UHGV virus genome: UHGV-0280754
Reading direction: 5' to 3' (one strand)
Length of the DNA stretch: 25,851 nucleotides
Origin: a virus
Position numbers and translations under genes: made by a program. A model generated the notes under the pieces. The model was not told the DNA's origin. It ran no database searches and was given only the letters and a program-made list of their open reading frames with translations. Shown piece after piece: positions 19,226-25,527 of the stretch. The stretch's first letter is position 1. Every line of letters begins with the position of its first letter.

Positions 19226-19555
19226 TTAGTCATCCATGGATGGATTGAGCTTATCTCGTGTTGATGTGGCAATTTTCCCAACATTTTTCAACCAAGATTT
19301 TAAGAAGGATATGTCGTCCTTAATATCATGAATATCCTCATTCTTTATACGATCAACCTTATCCTCTAAGCTCTCTATAGAACGCTCAATGCTAGACAGA
19401 GAGATTTTTAAGTCCCCTTGCTCACGTTCCAGTGAGGATTTGAGAGCACAATATTCGTTTTCTAGAATTCCTATTTTTTTTGTTAGAGAGTGCATTCGAT
19501 ACTCATACACCAAACCAGAAACGACTAATGCAGCCAACAGAAACCATTCAAGCAC
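19226..19555 (-). CDS. Small membrane-anchored coiled-coil protein (109 aa), GTG start; positional analogue of sieA
   Basis: Minus-strand ORF with AAGGAGG 5 nt upstream of GTG; N-terminal hydrophobic helix LEWFLLAALVVSGLVY then heptad-rich acidic coiled coil; its stop abuts the gp16-like stop with zero intergenic bases. Confidence 0.6.
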   Translation of the reverse strand: MLEWFLLAALVVSGLVYEYRMHSLTKKIGILENEYCALKSSLEREQGDLKISLSSIERSIESLEDKVDRIKNEDIHDIKDDISFLKSWLKNVGKIATSTRDKLNPSMDD

Positions 19556-19929
19556 ACCAACCTCCTTAGTTTTGCTCAGGATACCAGATGATACTTTATT
19601 GGTGGAGTGGTGTGTGAAAACGTGTCAACGACAAACCATCCACAACTTGGACGAATGATTTAGCAAAAAGTGCTATTTTTGGTGTTTGGTGTCATAGAAA
19701 AGTGAATAGCTCACTTTTCAACATTGCATGAAACTTGCAGGAAATGTGACATTACCTTATAGGTAACTTCGGCGAAAATGCAGTAAATGTGAAACGTAAT
19801 GGTTTAAACATGTCGCTAAAGTGGTTGTAAGTTAGCCTCCGAAGGATTGCTGATAGCTTTGTTATAGTATTAAATGACATTTGACATAGTTGGATACTTA
19901 GCTGTGGCTATCAAGATGGAGGTGTGTTC

Positions 19930-20373
19930 ATGCTTACTTGTTTTGATGTCGCCGACTACTTCCTGTCGCGGTGTGACGAGGATAGCGGTGACGCAATCTC
20001 TAATTTAAAATTACAAAAGCTTGTTTACTATGCTCAGGGTTTTTCATTGGCGTTGCTTGGCGAGCCTCTTTTTCAGAATAAGATGGAAGCTTGGATGCAT
20101 GGCCCTGTTGTCCCTGAGCTTTATCACCGTTATAAACAATATGGTAATGGTGCTATCCCTTCTCCAGAGTCTTTTGATGCTGAAAAATTCAGCGAAGAAC
20201 AGTTAGAGCTATTAGAAGAAGTCTGGGATGTTTTTGGGCAATTTTCTGCCTGGAAACTGAGGAACATGACACACGAAGAGTCACCATGGAGATCAAACTA
20301 TATTGAGGGTGTTGGTGGTTCTGAAATTAGTTCTAAGGAGATGGCAGAGTACTTTGCAACTCGGATTAACTAA
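19930..20373 (+). CDS. Panacea (DUF4065, SocA/GepA-like) domain protein (147 aa)
   Basis: GGAGGT 6 nt upstream of ATG 19930 (ORF-track entry starts at GTG 19924); motifs NLKLQKLVYYAQGF and EAWMHGPVVPELY are what I remember as hallmarks of the Panacea/COG3600 family; AT-rich relative to flanks. Confidence 0.75.
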   Translation: MLTCFDVADYFLSRCDEDSGDAISNLKLQKLVYYAQGFSLALLGEPLFQNKMEAWMHGPVVPELYHRYKQYGNGAIPSPESFDAEKFSEEQLELLEEVWDVFGQFSAWKLRNMTHEESPWRSNYIEGVGGSEISSKEMAEYFATRIN

Positions 20374-20377
20374 CGAG

Positions 20378-20797
20378 ATGGCAAGAAAATCTAAAAGGAT
20401 TATCCCCCCTGCTGAATCTACAGGTAAGTTAAAGTTAGGGCCGCAGTCAGGGGGGAATTCAGATCAAAAGAAACCGAAATTTTCATTCTGTTACATCCAA
20501 AGCTCTCACTGCATAACGAAATGCCAAAAAGATGAGAAAGCTGGCTTAGCTGATAAATTATACAGATTAAGTCAACTAACATGGGCAGATATTAAGCAGC
20601 AAGGTAGGCATAAGCTTGGATTTGAGAAGATTGCAAGGGGTGCAATTAAAGCAGGTATCCCCAGTCATATAACGGAAGACGTAGATCATTTCTTGGCTTT
20701 TAGATTTGATGATTTGAAAGCCATGGTTGGTTATCGTCTTGGATCGACATTTTTTGTTATATGGCTTGATAGAGAGTTCAACCTATACAAGCACTAA
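20378..20797 (+). CDS. Unrecognised 139-aa protein translationally coupled to the Panacea gene (candidate toxin/effector partner)
   Basis: ATG 4 nt after the Panacea stop; basic Pro/Gly-rich N-terminus (MARKSKRIIPPAESTGKLKLGPQSGG), Cys/His cluster (CYIQSSHCITKC), C-terminal GYRLGSTFFVIWLDREFNLYKH; the ORF-track start at 20303 is an out-of-frame overlap extension and was not used. Confidence 0.6.
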   Translation: MARKSKRIIPPAESTGKLKLGPQSGGNSDQKKPKFSFCYIQSSHCITKCQKDEKAGLADKLYRLSQLTWADIKQQGRHKLGFEKIARGAIKAGIPSHITEDVDHFLAFRFDDLKAMVGYRLGSTFFVIWLDREFNLYKH

Positions 20798-20825
20798 TAA
20801 AACCCACCGTCAGGTGGGTTTTTTG
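20797..20825. terminator. Bidirectional intrinsic terminator between the convergent partner gene and mnt
   Basis: A-run (20797-20800), stem AACCCACC (20801-20808) / GGTGGGTT (20813-20820), loop GTCA, T-run (20821-20825); the mnt stop codon lies inside the hairpin. Confidence 0.65.
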
Positions 20826-21061
20826 TACAAATCCTTCAGCGTATCAAACACCATCTTCCTAACAAGTTCGGACTGCTCATCAGCGATGCGTTCTGCATCG
20901 TCTCGATAGCCTGCAATCGGTGATGGTTTTGATAGCGCATCCTGAACGATTTGTAATAACTCTGAGTTCATTGACCTTCCGTTAGCCTCTGCTCTTAATT
21001 TCAATTTTTCTCTTACTTCCAAAGGCATACGGAAGTTAAAGTGCGGATCGTCTCTAGCCAT
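20810..21061 (-). CDS. mnt: Mnt repressor (ribbon-helix-helix, 83 aa)
   Basis: Product MARDDPHFNFRMPLEVREKLKLRAEANGRSMNSELLQIVQDALSKPSP... matches P22 Mnt nearly residue for residue as I recall it; same length. Confidence 0.92.
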   Translation of the reverse strand: MARDDPHFNFRMPLEVREKLKLRAEANGRSMNSELLQIVQDALSKPSPIAGYRDDAERIADEQSELVRKMVFDTLKDLYKKPT

Positions 21062-21084
21062 GCCATCACTCCAAGTTAGTATCT

Positions 21085-21342
21085 CTAACTTTCGTCTTTA
21101 TTGTTGCTATACATGCATTTCAACTTCTCAACATCATGTTCAAGATCTATCAATCGTGATGCTATAGTTGCAAGGTCTAGTGCTTGAATGTGTTTATTTT
21201 TTTCGGTCCATGCTTCAAGTGCCGCGACCATCTCAGCATTTAATGAACGAGAATTAGCCTCAGCCAGTTCAATAAGACGTTCCTTTATCTCTACAGGAAG
21301 CCTCAGATTCACTTGAGGGTTTTTGTACTTACGATCAGACAT
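21085..21342 (-). CDS. Second Mnt/Arc-family ribbon-helix-helix protein with C-terminal coiled coil (85 aa from ATG 21342; GTG 21348 also possible)
   Basis: RHH signature NLRLPVEIKERLIELAEANSRSLNAEMVAAL; AGGA 7 nt upstream of the ATG on the minus strand; directly upstream of and co-oriented with mnt (23-bp gap). Confidence 0.75.
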   Translation of the reverse strand: MSDRKYKNPQVNLRLPVEIKERLIELAEANSRSLNAEMVAALEAWTEKNKHIQALDLATIASRLIDLEHDVEKLKCMYSNNKDES

Positions 21343-21388
21343 CGGCACATCCTGAATAATTTTTTACCACAGGATATGTAGGTATCTA

Positions 21389-21417
21389 TTGACTATCAAT
21401 GCGTACCTAAATACTAT
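21389..21417 (+). promoter_or_regulatory. Pant-like rightward promoter: -35 TTGACT (21389-21394), 17-bp spacer, -10 TACTAT (21412-21417)
   Basis: Near-consensus hexamers with optimal spacing about 30 bp upstream of arc; overlapping palindrome TGTATG-N7-CATACA (21417-21435) and direct repeats ATGCGTACC (21399-21407, 21420-21428). Confidence 0.55.
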
Positions 21418-21447
21418 GTATGCGTACCACATACAACGGAGGATGCA

Positions 21448-21588
21448 ATGAAGGTAAAAACACTGCGTATGCCAGAGAAGTTAGAAAAAATCCTTGAAGA
21501 GAAAGCAAAGGAAGAGTGTCGCTCATTTAGTGCAGAAGTAATTAAACGGGTGATGGACAGCCTGAAGAGAGAGGGGATAACGGTATGA
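21448..21588 (+). CDS. arc: Arc-like ribbon-helix-helix repressor (46 aa)
   Basis: Hand translation MKVKTLRMPEKLEKILEEKAKEECRSFSAEVIKRVMDSLKREGITV aligns with P22 Arc (…PREVLDLVRKVAEENGRSVNSEIYQRVMESFKKEGRIGA, from memory); GGAGG 5 nt upstream; below the ORF-track size cut-off. Confidence 0.8.
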   Translation: MKVKTLRMPEKLEKILEEKAKEECRSFSAEVIKRVMDSLKREGITV

Positions 21589-21788
21589 GTAAAGAATGTT
21601 GTTTCTGCGGCATTAGCGAATCAGACGCTGATCAAACATACATTTACTCTAAAGAAACAGGTCGGATGCTGTGTAGTGACTGCGTGTTGGACATCATAAG
21701 ATACAAGCATCTTGGATGTTCTGCCAGCATTAGCAATATAGGTGAAGTATATGAAGGGAAAGATATAACTGATAGAGCAGAAAGTTGA
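21585..21788 (+). CDS. Small Cys-rich protein (67 aa), putative zinc-ribbon, between arc and ant
   Basis: ATGA overlap with arc stop; Cys pattern CCFCG ... CSDC; no family recognised. Confidence 0.5.
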   Translation: MSKECCFCGISESDADQTYIYSKETGRMLCSDCVLDIIRYKHLGCSASISNIGEVYEGKDITDRAES

Positions 21789-21851
21789 AGCCCCAACTGC
21801 GGTAACAGTCAGGGCTTCGGTATCGTAAAACCACGCATAGGAATTAACGAC
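21778..21851 (-). ncRNA. Putative sar-like small antisense RNA covering the ant ribosome-binding site and start codon
   Basis: Minus-strand promoter inside the ant 5' end: -35 TTGATA (complement of 21881-21886), 17-bp spacer, -10 TATACT (complement of 21858-21863); about 70 nt downstream on that strand lies a hairpin (21787-21818) followed by a U-rich tract; arrangement matches P22 sar (from memory). Confidence 0.4.
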
Positions 21852-22775
21852 ATGAAAAGTATAGCAACAGCAGTATCTACTATCAATGTACCATTCCACG
21901 GCGCAGAGCTTTATGTTGTCAATCACAACGGTGAGCCGTACACCCCAATGAAACCTATCGTTGAGGGAATGGGTATGGATTGGGCTTCACAGTTTACAAA
22001 GTTAAAACAAAGATTTGCTAAAGGTATTGTGGAAATCGCAATACCTTCAGTTGGCGGTGTGCAGAACATGATTTGCCTTGCTTTACGTAAACTTAATGGC
22101 TGGTTGCAAACCATCAGTCCTAACAAAGTCCGCCCTGAAATCCGCGACAATGTAATCCAGTATCAAGAAGAGTGTGACGATGTGCTATACGAGTACTGGA
22201 CTAAAGGCCATGTAGTTAACCCACGCAAAGCTAAAAAGGCGTTGCCGGGTAAAATCACCACTGAGCAGCAGGAAGCCATTAAACAACTCGTCATGAGTCG
22301 CGGTCAGTCTCTGCCAAAAGAAAAACAGGCTAAGGCGATGATCACCATGTGGTCGTCACTGAAATCCCATTTTGGATGTTCGTACAAAGAAATCAGTGAG
22401 GAGCAGTTTACCGAAGCACTGTCACTTGCAGCTCGAGTTCCACTTGAAGGTGAGTTCATTGGCAAACAAGAGAAGAAAACCGACGAGCTTTCTGCAAAAG
22501 AAGCAAACAGCCTTGTATGGTTATGGGATTATGCCAACCGCTCACAGGCATTATTCCGCGAACTGTATCCGGCGCTAAAACAAATTCAATCGAACTATTC
22601 CGGCAGATGCTACGACTACGGTCATGAATTCTCGTATGTTATCGGAATGGCGAGAGATGTTTTAATTAATCACACACGAGATGTTGATATCAATGAGCCA
22701 GACGGACCAACGAATCTTTCCGCATGGATGAGACTTAAGAATAAAGAATTACCTCCTTCAGTACATAACTACTGA
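21852..22775 (+). CDS. ant: Antirepressor Ant (307 aa)
   Basis: Position after arc and before the tailspike as in the P22 immI region; size close to P22 Ant; N-terminal region resembles the P22 antirepressor N-terminal domain from memory. Confidence 0.8.
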   Translation: MKSIATAVSTINVPFHGAELYVVNHNGEPYTPMKPIVEGMGMDWASQFTKLKQRFAKGIVEIAIPSVGGVQNMICLALRKLNGWLQTISPNKVRPEIRDNVIQYQEECDDVLYEYWTKGHVVNPRKAKKALPGKITTEQQEAIKQLVMSRGQSLPKEKQAKAMITMWSSLKSHFGCSYKEISEEQFTEALSLAARVPLEGEFIGKQEKKTDELSAKEANSLVWLWDYANRSQALFRELYPALKQIQSNYSGRCYDYGHEFSYVIGMARDVLINHTRDVDINEPDGPTNLSAWMRLKNKELPPSVHNY

Positions 22776-22794
22776 CAGATAACCAACGCAACGA

Positions 22795-22817
22795 CCCAGC
22801 TTCGGCTGGGTTTTTTT
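22795..22817 (+). terminator. Intrinsic terminator after ant
   Basis: Stem CCCAGC (22795-22800) / GCTGGG (22805-22810) with TTCG tetraloop followed by seven T (22811-22817). Confidence 0.7.
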
Positions 22818-22875
22818 ATTCCCAAAATTCACCGTAGCCCCGCTGCGGCGATTCCTTGTATCTGGAGCAAATTAA

Positions 22876-25527
22876 ATGACAGACATTACAGCCAATGTGA
22901 TTGTATCGATGCCTTCTCAACTCTTCACTATGGCGCGTTCTTTTAAAGCCGTAGCCAATGGCGAAATTTATATCGGGAAAATTGACACTGACCCGGTAAA
23001 TCCTGAAAACCGGGTTCAGGTTTATGTAGAGAACGAAGACGGCTCTCGCGTTCCTGTTTCGCAACCAATCATCATTAACGCTGCTGGATATCCGGTATAT
23101 AACGGACAGATTGCCAAATTCGTAACCGTGCAAGGCCATTCTATGGCTGTTTACGATGCTTATGGGGCGCAGCAGTTCTATTTTCCAAACATTCTGAAAT
23201 ATGATCCTGATCAGTTTAAACAAGAACTAGAGAATAAGTTTAACAATGGTTCAACTCCATCAATTATAAATTATAAGTACGGTCTTCCAGAAGAAGTAGA
23301 CGGAGCAACACAAAGGACGCTACAGGATAAACTTGATGACCATGTAAATGTTCGCGATTTTGGTGCAAAAGGGGATGGCATTACTGACGATACAGACGCA
23401 ATAACAAATGCCATCATTTACTGCGCATCTAACGGAAAACGCCTGAAGTGGGATTCTGGTGTGTATTTGATTAGCCGCATAAAATGCGGCGGGGATAATT
23501 ATAACTATGACTGGGTAGCTGATGGCAAGGTTGTCTTAAAGTCAACCGCAAAAGAGCCTCTTGGTCCAAACTGGATTGATGATTATTTCATAAGACTCGA
23601 AGGTGGAGATGCCACGCCAATTGACTATAATTCAACAATAAATCCTGGTGACACATCAATATCAATTAACTCAGCATATTCTGTTGATGCAGGCGATATA
23701 ATTATGATTCATGGCAATCGCTTAATTCAGACAGATAATAGAGGACAGGCTTGTGAAGGTGAAATGCATGTTGTTACTGCTTTTGATAATGCAACAAAAA
23801 AAGCGGAGATATCAGGTGCATTTTATTTTTTCTACTCTGCGAGCAATGATTACTCAACGACCGTAACAGCATCTGTATCCGGAGGTGAATTCTCATTTGG
23901 TAATGATGCAACATTAACAAAACAATACAATCAGGTAAAAGTAACAGGTGTCACCGGAGCTAACGCCGGAATATCAAGATACATAACTCATTGGGATTAC
24001 GACACTAAAACAGCAAAATTTGAATATGCTCAGGGACCATTCCCGTTTAAACCATCTGTTGGAGACGTGTTTAAAATCACAAGAAAGGCAAATATATATA
24101 AAAGAAAACCATGCTACGGCAGAATTGTCGGTGATTTCAATTTTGAAAGACCTGTCACGCAGAACGCATCTCCTGGTGATTTGGGGTTCCGTGGTCTTGT
24201 GATAGATGGCGCTGTTGATATGCATATAGAAGGAATAAAACTAATCGGCTTTTCAGAAACTGGAATTTTTCTTGAGTCATGCTACAGAACGAAAATAATA
24301 GAACCATATATTGAATACTCAAACCGTGCATATGATTTAACAAACGGCACTGGTTATGGTGTTGAAATATACAATAGCAGCTATTGCACAGTCGTGGATA
24401 TGATAGCATTTGCTTGCAGGAGGGGGCTTGATGTAAGCGGGACTCAAATGGTATCACTGTATAATAACATTATAAATCCAACGATGATTGGTGGTGGAAC
24501 TGCATATGATGGAGTTAAATTTTTCCCTGATGGCGATACAAGAAATTCATGTTGCGGTGGACACGGCCCATCATACGAAACAACTTTTACAGGCGGAAAT
24601 TCAGTCAATTTGTATTATGCTGGTGTAATACGCGGATTAAATGAAGTGTATGATGGAATGAACGCCAGGGGATTTAGCGGCCCGGCTCCTTTTTTTGTAA
24701 GATATAGTGGTGGTGGGTTCACGATTCAGAACTGTAATTATATTGATGGTTTTACTGAGATGTCTTTGCCATACAACTTGAGGTACAAACCTGTGAATGC
24801 AACTCAACGTAATCACAGACCTCTTGTTTTTATTGAAACAACTCTGGCACAGACAGACAGAAACTCTTACTATAAAGAACTTCCTGTTGTTATTAAGAAT
24901 AATACCGCAAGGACTGTTCTCAAGGGCTTTTTACGTTTTGAGGTTAATGATGGCCTCACCCCTCTAATCCAAAATATTTATTTTGGTGGTAATTTATGCA
25001 TGGCGAACCCAGAAACATCAGATTCTGTATCAGGGCAAACAGAGGCAGTAATGGTTTATTCATCTGTTCCTGGTGCAATAATTGTTCGAAATTTCCATGA
25101 TCTTGGCGGTAACAGAATTGTTCCTGTTGGAGCAGGATACAGATACTGCGGTATGTTCAACACGCCAGATGGAATAGCAGGAACAATAGTTCAACCAGAC
25201 GGAAAATATCTAATAACACTTGAAGCAAACAAATCTACAAGTATCCTTGTTGGTGGATACGTCCCATGTGTTCGCCTTGATATGCACGACATACTTGATA
25301 TTCATGGGGTAATTGCAGTTGGTGTTCTTATTCATCGTGGTGAGGCAATTGATTTTTCTCCTTTAAAAGAAATTAATAAGCAAAATGTTGTATTGAAAAC
25401 CGGAGTTCTTTCAGATAATGATGGTGATGAAAATAACTTAAATATTTCGTTTGACTTTGCAACCATATATTTAAGCAACAAGATGCCAAATAAGATTCAA
25501 CTATCTATTGAAGTATCAGGAGTGTAA
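22876..25527 (+). CDS. Tailspike protein (883 aa): P22-type N-terminal head-binding domain plus right-handed beta-helix (pectate-lyase-fold) receptor-binding/glycanase body
   Basis: Residues 1-~110 (MTDITANVIVSMPSQLFTMARSFKAVANGEIYIGKIDTDPVNPEN...VTVQGHSMAVYDAYG...LKYDPDQ) match the P22 gp9 N-terminal domain from memory; downstream NVRDFGAKGDGITDDTDAITNAI is the classic beta-helix glycosidase motif; GGAG upstream. Confidence 0.92.
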   Translation: MTDITANVIVSMPSQLFTMARSFKAVANGEIYIGKIDTDPVNPENRVQVYVENEDGSRVPVSQPIIINAAGYPVYNGQIAKFVTVQGHSMAVYDAYGAQQFYFPNILKYDPDQFKQELENKFNNGSTPSIINYKYGLPEEVDGATQRTLQDKLDDHVNVRDFGAKGDGITDDTDAITNAIIYCASNGKRLKWDSGVYLISRIKCGGDNYNYDWVADGKVVLKSTAKEPLGPNWIDDYFIRLEGGDATPIDYNSTINPGDTSISINSAYSVDAGDIIMIHGNRLIQTDNRGQACEGEMHVVTAFDNATKKAEISGAFYFFYSASNDYSTTVTASVSGGEFSFGNDATLTKQYNQVKVTGVTGANAGISRYITHWDYDTKTAKFEYAQGPFPFKPSVGDVFKITRKANIYKRKPCYGRIVGDFNFERPVTQNASPGDLGFRGLVIDGAVDMHIEGIKLIGFSETGIFLESCYRTKIIEPYIEYSNRAYDLTNGTGYGVEIYNSSYCTVVDMIAFACRRGLDVSGTQMVSLYNNIINPTMIGGGTAYDGVKFFPDGDTRNSCCGGHGPSYETTFTGGNSVNLYYAGVIRGLNEVYDGMNARGFSGPAPFFVRYSGGGFTIQNCNYIDGFTEMSLPYNLRYKPVNATQRNHRPLVFIETTLAQTDRNSYYKELPVVIKNNTARTVLKGFLRFEVNDGLTPLIQNIYFGGNLCMANPETSDSVSGQTEAVMVYSSVPGAIIVRNFHDLGGNRIVPVGAGYRYCGMFNTPDGIAGTIVQPDGKYLITLEANKSTSILVGGYVPCVRLDMHDILDIHGVIAVGVLIHRGEAIDFSPLKEINKQNVVLKTGVLSDNDGDENNLNISFDFATIYLSNKMPNKIQLSIEVSGV

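Noticed and set aside
20303-20377. Upstream extension of the Panacea-partner ORF (ORF-track start 20303)
   Set aside because: Overlaps the 3' end of the Panacea gene out of frame; ATG 20378, 4 nt after the Panacea stop, is the natural coupled start.
22816-23223. 135-aa minus-strand ORF overlapping the tailspike 5' end
   Set aside because: Lies antisense to the well-supported tailspike head-binding domain, has no SD and no recognisable product; treated as a shadow ORF.
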